64,000 nucleotides of DNA from NCBI RefSeq assembly GCF_009914755.1, contig NC_060939.1. The stretch is one strand, 5' to 3'. The stretch is from the human T2T-CHM13v2.0 reference genome, Homo sapiens. The position numbers and the translations under genes are program-made. Shown piece by piece: positions 27,201 to 40,364 of the stretch (position 1 is its first letter; each line of letters begins with the position of its first letter). The notes under the pieces were generated by a model that made no database searches, was not told the DNA's origin, and saw only the letters and a program-made list of their open reading frames with translations.

Positions 27201-30200
27201 TGTCCATTCCATTCCAGTGCATTCCATTTGTGTCCACTGCATTCCATTCCACTCCATTCCATATTATTCCATTACACTCCATTCCATTCTATTACTTTCA
27301 TTTCCATTCAATTCCGTTCCATTTGTTTCCATTCCACTCGGTTTCATTCCATTTGAGTCCACTCCATTCCATTCCATTCCATTCCATTCAGTTCCATTCC
27401 ATTCTGTTCCATTCCATTCCGTTCCATTGCATTCCATTCCATTCGGTACCATTCCATATTGTTCCATTCGATTCCATTCGAATCCATTCCATTCCAGTCC
27501 ATTCCATTCGATTCCATTCCATTCCTTTCAATTCCATTCCATTCCATTCCATTCCACTTGATTCCACTCCATTCCCTTCCACTGCATTCCATTCGATTCC
27601 ATTCCATTGCATTGCATTCCATTCCATTGGACTGCATTCCATTCGATTCCGTTCCATTCGAATCAATTACATAGCAATCCATTACATTCGGGTCTATTCT
27701 ATTCCGTTCCATTCGATTTCATTCCAATCCATTCGATTCCATTCCATACTATTGCATTCCATTCTATTACATTATATTCTAATAAGTTCCATTCAAGACC
27801 ATTTCTTTTGAGTCCATTCTATTTGAGTCCATTCCCTTTGATTCCATAACATTTGAGTCCATTCAATTCCATTCCTTTCGTTCCCATTCCATTTGATGCC
27901 ATTCCATTCAATTCTGTTCTACTCGACTCCAATACATTCAATTCCATTCCATCCGATTCCATTCCATTCTTTTCATTTCTTATCCATTTCAAGCCATTCC
28001 ACTCCATTCCATTCCACTCGTTTCCTTTCCATTCGAGTCCATTCCTCTCCAGTCCATTCCGTTCAATCCATTCCATTCCAGTCCATTCCATTCGAGTCCG
28101 TTCCATTCCAGTCCAATCCATTCGAGTCAATTCCATCCCATTCGATGTCTTTCCATAATGATCCATTCCATTCTATTCCTTTCGATTCCATTCCATTCTA
28201 TTTCATTCCATTCGATTCCCTTCCATTGGACTCCTTTCCATTCGAGTGCATTCCATTCCGTTCCATTTCTTTCCGTTCTGTACGATTCCTACCGTTCGAT
28301 TTCATTTTCTTCCAGTCCATTCCTTTCGCGTCCATTCCATTCCATTTCACTCCATTCGATTCCATTCCACTCGATTCCACTTCGTTCCATTTCATTGCAT
28401 TCCATTCTATTCAACTCTATTGCCTTCCATTCCATTCCATTCGATTACATTCCATGCGATTCCATTCGAAATCGAATCAATTACATTGCAATCCATTACT
28501 ATTGAGTCCATTTTATTCCAGTCCATTGCATTCTGGTCCATTCCATTTGATTCCATTCCATTCTATTCCATTCCATACAGTTGCATTCCATTGGATTCCA
28601 TTCTATATTTATAAATTCAATTCGAGACCATTGCTTTTGAGTCCATTCTATATGATTCCATTCCATTCAAGTCCATTACATTTGGTTCAATTCCATTCCA
28701 TTCCATTCCCTTACATTCCATTCCAGTTGATATCAATCCATTCCATTCCATTCCATTCGAGCACATTCCATTCGAGTCCATTCCATTCGATGCCATTCCA
28801 TTTGATTCTATTCCATTAGTCTCCATTCAATTCCATTAATCTCCATTACATTCCATTCTACTCCAACTGATTCCATTCCATTCTATTCCTTTCCAATCCT
28901 TTCCATTCCATTCCATTCCATTTCATTCCATTCCATTCCATTCGCTTCCATTCCATTCGTGTCCATTCCACTCCAGTCCATTCCATTCGTGTCCATTCCA
29001 TTCCAGTCCATTCCATTTGTGTCCACTGCATTCCATTCCACTCCATTCCATATTATTCCATTACACTCCATTCCATTCTATTACTTTCATTTCCATTCAA
29101 TTCCATTCCATTTGATTCCATTCCACTCGGTTTCATTCCATTTGAGTCCACTCCATTCCATTCCATTCCATTCAGTTCCATTCCATTCTGTTCCATTCCA
29201 TTCCGTTCCATTGCATTCCATTCCATTCGGTACCATTCCATATTGTTCCATTCGATTCCATTCGAATCCATTCCATTCCAGTCCATTCCATTCGATTCCA
29301 TTCCATTCCTTTCAATTCCATTCCATTCCATTCCATTCCACTTGATTCCACTCCATTCCCTTCCACTGCATTCCGTTCGATTCCATTCCATTGCATTGCA
29401 TTCCATTCCATTGGACTGCATTCCATTCGATTCCATTCCATTCGAATCAATTACATAGCAATCCATTACATTCGGGTCTATTCTATTCCGTTCCATTCGA
29501 TTTCATTCCAATCCATTCGATTCCAGTCCATACTATTGCATTCCATTCTATTACATTATATTCGAATAAGTTCCATTCAAGACCATTTCTTTTGAGTCCA
29601 TTCTATTTGAGTCCATTCCCTTTGATTCCATAACATTTGAGTCCATTCAATTCCATTCCTTTCGTTTGCATTCCATTTGATGCCATTCCATTCAATTCTG
29701 TTCTACTCGACTCCAATACATTCAATTCCATTCCATCCGATTCCATTACATTCTTTTCATTTCTTATCCATTTCAAGCCATTCCACTCCATTCCATTCCA
29801 CTCGTTTCCTTTCCATTCGAGTCCATTCCTCTCCAGTCCATTCCGTTCAATCCATTCCATTCCAGTCCATTCCATTCGAGTCCGTTCCATTCCAGTCCAT
29901 TCCATTCGAGTCAATTCCATTCCATTCGATGTCTTTCCATAACGATCCATTCCATTCTATTCCTTTCGATTCCATTCCATTCTATTTCATTCCATTCGAT
30001 TCCCTTCCATTGGACTCCTTTCCATTCGAGTGCATTCCATTCCGTTCCATTTCTTTCCGTTCTGTACGATTCCTACCGTTCGATTTCATTTTGTTCCAGT
30101 CCATTCCTTTCGCGTCCATTCCATTCCATTTCACTCCATTCGATTCCATTCCACTCGATTCCACTTCGTTCCATTTCATTGCATTCCATTCTATTCAACT

Positions 30201-31435
30201 CTATTGCCTTCCATTCCATTCCATTCGATTACATTCCATGCGATTCCATTCGAAATCGAATCAATTACATTGCAATCCATTACTATTGAGTCCGTTTTAT
30301 TCCAGTCCACTGCATTCTGGTCCATTCCATTTGATTCCATTCCATTCTATTCCATTCCATACAGTTGCATTCCATTGGATTCCATTCTATATCTATAAAT
30401 TCAATTCGAGACCATTGCTTTTGAATCCATTCCATAGGATTCCATTCCATTCAAGTCCATTACATTTGATTCAATTCCATTCCATTCCATTCCCTTCCAT
30501 TCCATTCCAGTTGATATCAATCCATTCGATTCCATTCCATTCGAGCACATTCCATTTGAGTCCATTCCATTCGATGCCATTCCATTTGATTCTATTCCAT
30601 TAGTCTCCAATCAATTCCATTAATCTCCATTCCATTCCATTCTACTCCAACTGATTCCATTCCATTCTATTCCTTTCCATTCCATTTCATTCCATTCCAT
30701 TCCATTTCATTCCATTCCATTCCATTCGTTTCCATTCGTGTCCATTCCACTCCAGTCCATTCCATTCGTGTCCATTCCATTCCAGTCCATTCCATTTGTG
30801 TCTACTGCATTCCATTCCACTCCATTCCATATTATTCCATTACACTCCATTCCATTCTATTACTTTCATTTCCATTCAATTCCATTCCATTTGATTCCAT
30901 TCCACTCGGTTTCATTCCATTTGAGTCCACTCCACTCCATTCCATTCCATTCCATTCAGTTCCATTCCATTCTGTTCCATTCCATTCCGTTCCATTGCAT
31001 TCCATTCCATTCGGTACCATTCCATATTGTTCCATTCGATTCCATTCGAATCCATTCCATTCCAGTCCATTCCATTCGATTCCATTCCATTCCTTTCAAT
31101 TCCATTCCATTCCATTCCATTCCACTTGATTCCACTCCATTCCCTTCCACTGCATTCCATTCGATTCCATTCCATTGCATTGCATTCCATTCCATTGGAC
31201 TGCATTCCATTCGATTCCATTCCATTCGAATCAATTACATAGCAATCCATTACATTCGAGTCTATTCTATTCCGTTCCATTCGATTTCATTCCAATCCAT
31301 TCGATTCCATTCCATTCGATTCCATTCCATACTATTGCATTCCATTCTATTACATTATATTCGAATAAGTTCCATTCAAGACCATTTCTTTTGAGTCCAT
31401 TCTATTTGAGTCCATTCCCTTTGATTCCATAACAT

Positions 31436-34400
31436 TTGAGTCCATTCATTTCCATTCCTTTCGTTTCCATTCCATTTGATGCCATTCCACTCAATTCTGT
31501 TCTACTCGACTCCAATACATTCAATTCCATTCCATCCGATTCCATTACATTCTTTTCATTTCTTATCCATTTCAAGCCATTCCACTCCATTCCATTCCAC
31601 TCGTTTCCTTTCCATTCGAGTCCATTCCTCTCCAGTCCATTCCGTTCAATCCATTCCATTCCAGTCCATTCCATTCGAGTCCGTTCCATTCCAGTCCATT
31701 CCATTCGAGTCAATTCCATTCCATTCGATGTCTTTCCATAACGATCCATTCCATTCTATTCCTTTCGATTCCATTCCATTCTATTTCATTCCATTCGATT
31801 CCCTTCCATTGGACTCCTTTCCATTCGAGTGCATTCCATTCCGTTCCATTTCTTTCCGTTCTGTACGATTCTTACCGTTCGATTTCATTTTGTTCCAGTC
31901 CATTCCTTTCGCGTCCATTCCACTCCATTTCACTCCATTCGATTCCATTCCACTCGATTCCACTTCGTTCCATTTCATTGCATTCCATTCTATTCAACTC
32001 TATTGCCTTCCATTCCATTCCATTCGATTACATTCCATGTGATTGCATTCGAAATCGAATCAATTACATTGCAATCCATTACTATTGAGTCCGTTTTATT
32101 CCAGTCCACTGCATTCTGGTCCATTCCATTTGATTCCATACCATTCTATTCCATTCCATACAGTTGCATTCGTTTGGATTACATGCTATATCTATAAATT
32201 CAATCCGAGATCATTGCTTTTGAGTCCATTCTATATGATTCCATTCCATTCAAGTCCATTACATTTGGTTCAATTCCATTCCATTCCAGTTGATATCAAT
32301 CCATTCGATTCCATTCCATTCGAGCACATTCCATTCGAGTCCATTCCATTCGATGCCATTCCATTTGATTCTATGCCATTAGTCTCCATTCAATTCCATT
32401 AATCTCCATTCCATTCCATTCTACTCCAACTGATTCCATTCCATTCTATTCCTTTCCATTCCATTCCATTCCATTTCATTCCATTCCATTCCATTCGTGT
32501 CCATTCCACTCCAGTCCATTCCATTCGTGTCCATTCCATTCCAGTCCATTCCATTTATGTCCACTGCATTCCATTCCACTCCATTCCATATTATTCCATT
32601 ACACTCCATTCCATTCTATTACTTTCATTTCCATTCAATTCCATTCCATTTGATTCCATTCCACTCGGTTTCATTCCATTTGAGTCCACTCCATTCCATT
32701 CCATTCCATTCCATTCAGTTCCATTCCATTCTGTTCCATTCCATTCCGTTCCATTACATTCCATTCCATTCGGTACCATTCCATATTGTTCCATTCCAAT
32801 CCATTCGAATCCATTCCATTCCAGTCCATTCCATTCGATTCCATTCCATTCATTTCAATTCCATTCCATTCCATTCCATTACATTCCACTTGATTCCTCT
32901 CCATTCCCTTCCACTGCATTCCGTTCGATTCCATTCCATTGCATTGCATTCCATTCCATTGGATTGCATTCCATTCGATTCCATTCCATTCGAATCAATT
33001 ACATAGCAATCCATTACATTCGAGTCTATTCTATTCCGTTCCATTCGATTTCGTTCCAATCCATTCGATTCCATTCCATTCGATTCCATTCCATACTATT
33101 GCATTCCATTCGATTACATTATATTCGAATAAGTTCCATTCAAGACCATTTCTTTTGAGTCCATTCTATTTGAGTCCATTCCCTTTGATTCCATAATATT
33201 TGAGTCCATTCAATTCCATTCCTTTCGTTTCCATTCCATTTGATGCCATTCCATTCAATTATGTTCTACTCGACTCCAATACATTCAATTCATTCCATCC
33301 GATTCCATTACATTCTTTTCATTTCTTATCCATTTCAAGCCATTCCACTCCATTCCATTCCACTCGTTTCCTTTCCATTCGAGTCCATTCCTCTCCAGTC
33401 CATTCCGTTCAATCCATTCCATTCCAGTCCATTCCATTCGAGTCCGTTCCATTCCAGTCCATTCCATTCGAGTCAATTCCATTCCATTCGATGTCTTTCC
33501 ATAACGATCCATTCCATTCTATTCCTTTCGATTCCATTCCATTCTATTTCATTCCATTCGATTCCCTTCCATTGGACTCCTTTCCATTCGAGTGCATTCC
33601 ATTCCGTTCCATTTCTTTCCGTTCTGCACGATTCCTACCGTTCGATTTCATTTTGTTCCAGTCCATTCCTTTCGCGTCCATTCCATTCCATTTCACTCCA
33701 TTCGATTCCATTCCACTCGATTCCACTTCGTTCCATTTCATTGCATTCCATTCTATTCAACTCTATTTCCTTCCATTCCATTCCATTCGATTACATTCCA
33801 TGCGATTCCATTCGAAATCGAATCAATTACATTGCAATCCATAACTATTGAGTCCGTTTTCTTCCAGTCCACTGCATTCTGGTCCATTCCATTTGATTCC
33901 ATTCCATTTTATTCCATTCCATACAGTTGCATTCCATTGGAATCCATGCTATATCTATAAATTCAATTCGAGACCATTGCTTTTGAGTCCATTCTATATG
34001 ATTCCATTCCATTCAAGTCCATTACATTTGGTTCAATTCCATTCCATTCCAGTTGATATCAATCCATTCGATTCCATTCCATTCGAGCACATTCCATTCG
34101 AGTCCATTCCATTCAATGCCATTCCATTTGATTCTATGCCATTAGTCTCCATTCAATTCCATTAATCTCCATTCCATTCCATTCTACTCCAACTGATTCC
34201 ATTCCATTCTATTCCTTTCCATTCCATTTCATTCCATTCCATTCCATTTCATTCCATTCCATTCCATTCGTGTCCATTCCACTCCAGTCCATTCCATTCG
34301 TGTCCATTCCATTCCAGTCCATTCCATTTGTGTCCACTGCATTCCATTCCACTCCATTCCATATTATTCCATTACACTCCATTCCATTCTATTATTTTCA

Positions 34401-37400
34401 TTTCCATTCAATTCCATTCCATTTGATTCCATTCCACTCGGTTTCATTCCATTTGAGTCCACTCCATTCCATTCCATTCCATTCCATTCAGTTCCATTCC
34501 ATTCTGTTCCATTCCATTCCGTTCCATTACATTCCATTCCATTCGGTACCATTCCATATTGTTCCATTCGATTCCATTCGAATCCATTCCATTCCAGTCC
34601 ATTCCATTCGATTCCATTCCATTCATTTCAATTCCATTCCATTCCATTCCATTACATTCCACTTGATTCTTCTCCATTCCCTTCCACTGCATTCCGTTCG
34701 ATTCCATTCCATTGCATTGCATTCCATTCCATTGGATTGCATTCCATTCGATTCCATTCCATTCGAATCAATTACATAGCAATCCATTACATTCGAGCCT
34801 ATTCTATTCCGTTCCATTCGATTTCGTTCCAATCCATTCGATTCCATTCCATTCGATTCCATTCCATACTATTGCATTCCATTCGATTACATTATATTCG
34901 AATAAGTTCCATTCAAGACCATTTCTTTTGAGTCCATTCTATTTGAGTCCATTCCCTTTGATTCCATAACATTTGAGTCCATTCAATTCTATTCCTTTCG
35001 TTTGCATTCCATTTGATGCCATTCCATTCAATTCTGTTCTACTCGACTCCAATACATTCAATTCCATTCCATCCGATTCCATTACATTCTTTTCATTTCT
35101 TATCCATTTCAAGCCATTCCACTCCATTCCATTCCACTCGTTTCCTTTCCATTCGAGTCCATTCCTCTCCAGTCCATTCCGTTCAATCCATTCCATTCCA
35201 GTCCATTCCATTCGAGTCCGTTCCATTCCAGTCCTCTCTATTCGAGTCAATTCCATCCCATTCGATGTCTTTCCATAACGATCCATTCCATTCTATTCCT
35301 TTCGATTCCATTCCATTCTACTTCATTCAATTCGATTCCCTTCCATTGGACTCCTTTCCATTCGAGTGCATTCCATTCCGTTCCATTTCTTACCGTTCTG
35401 TACGATTCCTACCGTTCGATTTCATTTTGTTCCAGTCCATTCCTTTCGCGTCCATTCCATTCCATTTCACTCCATTCGATTCCATTCCACTCGATTCCAC
35501 TTCGTTCCATTTCATTGCATTCCATTCTATTCAACTCTATTGCCTTCCATTCCATTCCATTCGATTACATTCCATGCGATTCCGTTCGAAATCGAATCAA
35601 TTACATTGCAATCCATTACTATTGAGTCCATTTTATTCCAGTCCACTGCATTCTGGTCCATTCCATTTGATTCCATTCCATTCTATTCCATTCCATACAG
35701 TTGCATTCCATTGGATTCCATTCTATATCTATAAATTCAATACGAGACCATTGCTTTTGAATCCATTCTATATGATTCCATTCCATTCAAGTCCATTACA
35801 TTTGGTTCAATTCCATTCCATTCCATTCCCTTCCATTCCATTCCAGTTGATATCAATCCATTCGATTCCATTCCATTCGAGCACATTCCATTTGAGTCCA
35901 TTCCATTCGATGCCATTCCATTTGATTCTATTCCATTAGTCTCCATTCAATTCCATTAATCTCCATTCCATTCCATTCTACTCCAACTGATTCCATTCCA
36001 TTCTATTCCTTTCCATTCCATTTCATTCCATTCCATTCCATTTCATTCCATTCCATTCCATTTCATTCCATTCAATTCCATTCGTTTCCATTCCACTCCA
36101 GTCCATTCCATTCGTGTCCATTCCATTCCAGTCCATTCCATTTGTGTCCACTGCATTCCATTCCACTCCATTCCATATTATTCCATTACACTCCATTCCA
36201 TTCTATTACTTTCATTTCCATTTAATTCCATTCCATTTGATTCCATTCCACTCGGTTTCATTCCATTTGAGTCCACTCCATTCCATTCCATTCCATTCCA
36301 TTCAGTTCCATTCCATTCTGTTCCATTCCATTCCGTTCCATTGCATTCCTTTCCATTCGGTACCATTCCATATTGTTCCATTCGATTCCATTCGAATCCA
36401 TTCCATTCCAGTCCATTCCATTCGATTCCATTCCATTCCTTTCAATTCCATTCCATTCCATTCCATTCCACTTGATTCCACTCCATTCCCTTCCACTGCA
36501 TTCCATTCGATTCCATTCCATTGCATTGCATTCCATTCCATTGGACTGCATTCCATTCGATTCCATTCCATTCGAATCAATTACATAGCAATCCATTACA
36601 TTCGAGTCTATTCTATTCCGTTCCATTCGATTTCGTTCCAATCCATTCGATTCCATTCCATTCGATTCCATTCCATACTATTGCATTCCATTCTATTACA
36701 TTATATTCGAATAAGTTCCATTCAAGACCATTTCTTTTGAGTCCATTCTATTTGAGTCCATTCCCTTTGATTCCATAACATTTGAGTCCATTCAATTCCA
36801 TTCCTTTCGTTTCCATTCCATTTGATGCCATTCCACTCAATTCTGTTCTACTCGACTCCAATACATTCAATTCCATTCCATCCGATTCCATTACATTCTT
36901 TTCATTTCTTATCCATTTCAAGCCATTCCACTCCATTCCATTCCACTCGTTTCCTTTCCATTCGAGTCTATTCCTCTCCAGTCCATTCCGTTCAATCCAT
37001 TCCATTCCAGTCCATTCCATTCGAGTCCGTTCCATTCCAGTCCATTCCATTCGAGTCAATTCCATTCCATTCGATGTCTTTCCATAACGATCCATTCCAT
37101 TCTATTCCTTTCGATTCCATTCCATTCTATTTCATTCCATTCGATTCCCTTCCATTGGACTCCTTTCCATTCGAGTGCATTCCATTCCGTTCCATTTCTT
37201 TCCGTTCTGTACGATTCTTACCGTTCGATTTCATTTTGTTCCAGTCCATTCCTTTCACGTCCATTCCATTCCATTTCACTCCATTCGATTCCATTCCACT
37301 CGATTCCACTTCGTTCCATTTCATTGCATTCCATTCTATTCAACTCTATTGCCTTCCATTCCATTCCATTCGATTACATTCCATGCGATTGCATTCGAAA

Positions 37401-40364
37401 TCGAATCAATTACATTGCAATCCATTACTATTGAGTCCGTTTTATTCCAGTCCACTGCATTCTGGTCCATTCCATTTGATTCCATTCCATTCTATTCCAT
37501 TCCATACAGTTGCAATCCTTTGGATTCCATGCTATATCTATAAATTCAATTCGAGACCATTGCTTTTGAGTCCATTCTATATGATTCCATTCCATTCAAG
37601 TCCATTACATTTGTTTCAATTGCTTTCCATTCCAGTTGATATCAATCCATTCGATTCCATTCCATTCGAGCACATTCCATTCGAGTCCATTCCATTCGAT
37701 GCCATTCCATTTGATTCTTTGCCATTAGTCTCCATTCAATTCCATTAATCTCCATTCCATTCCATTCTACTCCAACTGATTCCATTCCATTCTATTCCTT
37801 TCCATTCCATTTCATTCCATTCCATTCCATTTCATTCCATTCCATTCCATTCGTGTCCATTCCACTCCAGTCCATTCCATTCGTGTCCATTCCATTCCAG
37901 TCCATTCCATTTGTGTCCACTGCATTCCATTCCACTCCATTCCATATTATTCCATTACACTCCATTCCATTCTATTACTTTCATTTCCATTCAATTCCAT
38001 TCCATTTGATTCCATTCCACTCGGTTTCATTCCATTTGAGTCCACTCCATTCCATTCCATTCCATTCCATTCAGTTCCATTCCATTCTGTTCCATTCCAT
38101 TCCGTTCCATTACATTCCATTCCATTCGGTACCATTCCATATTGTTCCATTCGATTCCATTCGAATCCATTCCATTCCAGTCCATTCCATTCGATTCCAT
38201 TCCATTCATTTCAATTCCATTCCATTCCATTCCATTACATTCCACTTGATTCCTCTCCATTCCCTTCCACTGCATTCCGTTCGATTCCATTCCATTGCAT
38301 TGCATTCCATTCCATTGGATTGCATTCCATTCGATTCCATTCCATTCGAATCAATTACATAGCAATCCATTACATTCGAGTCTATTCTATTCCGTTCCAT
38401 TCGATTTCGTTCCAATCCATTCGATTCCATTCCATTCGATTCCATTCCATACTATTGCATTCCATTCGATTACATTATATTCGAATAAGTTCCATTCAAG
38501 ACCATTTCTTTTGAGTCCATTCTATTTGAGTCCATTCCCTTTGATTCCATAACATTTGAGTCCATTCAATTCCATTCCTTTCGTTTGCATTCCATTTGAT
38601 GCCATTCCATTCAATTCTGTTCTACTCGACTCCAATACATTCAATTCCATTCCATCCGATTCCATTCCATTCTTTTCATTTCTTATCCATTTCAAGCCAT
38701 TCCACTCCATTCCATTCCACTCGTTTCCTTTCCATTCGAGTCCATTCCTCTCCAGTCCATTCCGTTCAATCCATTCCATTCCAGTCCATTCCATTCGAGT
38801 CCGTTCCATTCCAGTCCTCTCTATTCGAGTCAATTCCATCCCATTCGATGTCTTTCCATAACGATCCATTCCATTCTATTCCTTTCGATTCCATTCCATT
38901 CTACTTCATTCAATTCGATTCCCTTCCATTGGACTCCTTTCCATTCGAGTGCATTCCATTCCGTTCCATTTCTTACCGTTCTGTACGTTTCCTACCGTTC
39001 GATTTCATTTTGTTCCAGTCCATTCCTTTCGCGTCCATTCCATTCCATTTCACTCCATTCGATTCCATTCCACTCGATTCCACTTCGTTCCATTTCATTG
39101 CATTCCATTCTATTCAACTCTATTGCCTTCCATTCCATTCCATTCGATTACATTCCATGCGATTCCATTCGAAATCGAATCAATTACATTGCAATCCATT
39201 ACTATTGAGTCCGTTTTATTCCAGTCCACTGCATTCTGGTCCATTCCATTTGATTCCATTCCATTCTATTCCATTCCATACAGTTGCATTCCATTGGATT
39301 CCATTCTATATCTATAAATTCAAATCGAGACCATTGCTTTTGAATCCATTCTATATGATTCCATTCCATTCAAGTCCATTACATTTGGTTCAATTTCATT
39401 CCATTCCATTCCCTTCCATTCCATTCCAGTTGATATCAATCCATTCGATTCCATTCCATTCGAGCACATTCCATTTGAGTCCATTCCATTCGATGCCATT
39501 CCATTTGATTCTATTCCATTAGTCTCCATTCAATTCCATTAATCTCCATTCCATTCCATTCTACTCCAACTGATTCCATTCCATTCTATTCCTTTCCATT
39601 CCATTTCATTCCATTCCATTCCATTTCATTCCATTCCATTCCATTCGCTTCCATTCCATTCGTGTCCATTCCACTCCAGTCCATTCCATTCGTGTCCATT
39701 CCATTCCAGTCCATTCCATTTGTGTCCACTGCATTCCATTCCACTCCATTCCATATTATTCCATTACACTCCATTCCATTCTATTACTTTCATTTCCATT
39801 CAATTCCATTCCATTTGATTCCATTCCACTCGGTTTCATTCCATTTGAGTCCACTCCATTCCATTCCATTCCATTCCATTCAGTTCCATTCCATTCTGTT
39901 CCATTCCATTCCGTTCCATTACATTCCATTCCATTCGGTACCATTCCATATTGTTCCATTCGATCCCATTCGAATCCATTCCATTCCAGTCCATTCCATT
40001 CGATTCCATTCCATTCATTTCAATTCCATTCCGTTCCATTCCATTACATTCCACTTGATTCCTCTCCATTCCCTTCCACTGCATTCCGTTCGATTCCATT
40101 CCATTGCATTGCATTCCATTCCATTGGATTGCATTCCATTCGATTCCATTCCATTCGAATCAATTACATAGCAATCCATTGCATTCGACTCTATTCTATT
40201 CCGTTCCATTCGATTTCGTTCCAATCCATTCGATTCCATTCCATTCGATTCCATTCCATACTATTGCATTCCATTCGATTACATTATATTCGAATAAGTT
40301 CCATTCAAGACCATTTCTTTTGAGTCCATTCTATTTGAGTCCATTCCCTTTGATTCCATAACAT
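31436..40364 (+). repeat. Block of D/E unit variants (D-D'-E-D-E), ~3.58 kb local period
   Basis: D units (31436, 33200, 36782) share a 20-bp deletion before GTTGATATC and a TGCCATTAG variant. E units (34973, 38556) share CAGTCCTCTCTATTCG, CTACTTCATTCAATT and TCTTACC. Confidence 0.8.

Noticed and set aside
36822-37748. ORF still 308 aa despite a 20-bp deletion, suggesting length conservation
   Set aside because: Coincidence: the frameshifted frame meets a TAA 20 bp downstream of the usual TAG, and the C-terminal sequence differs.
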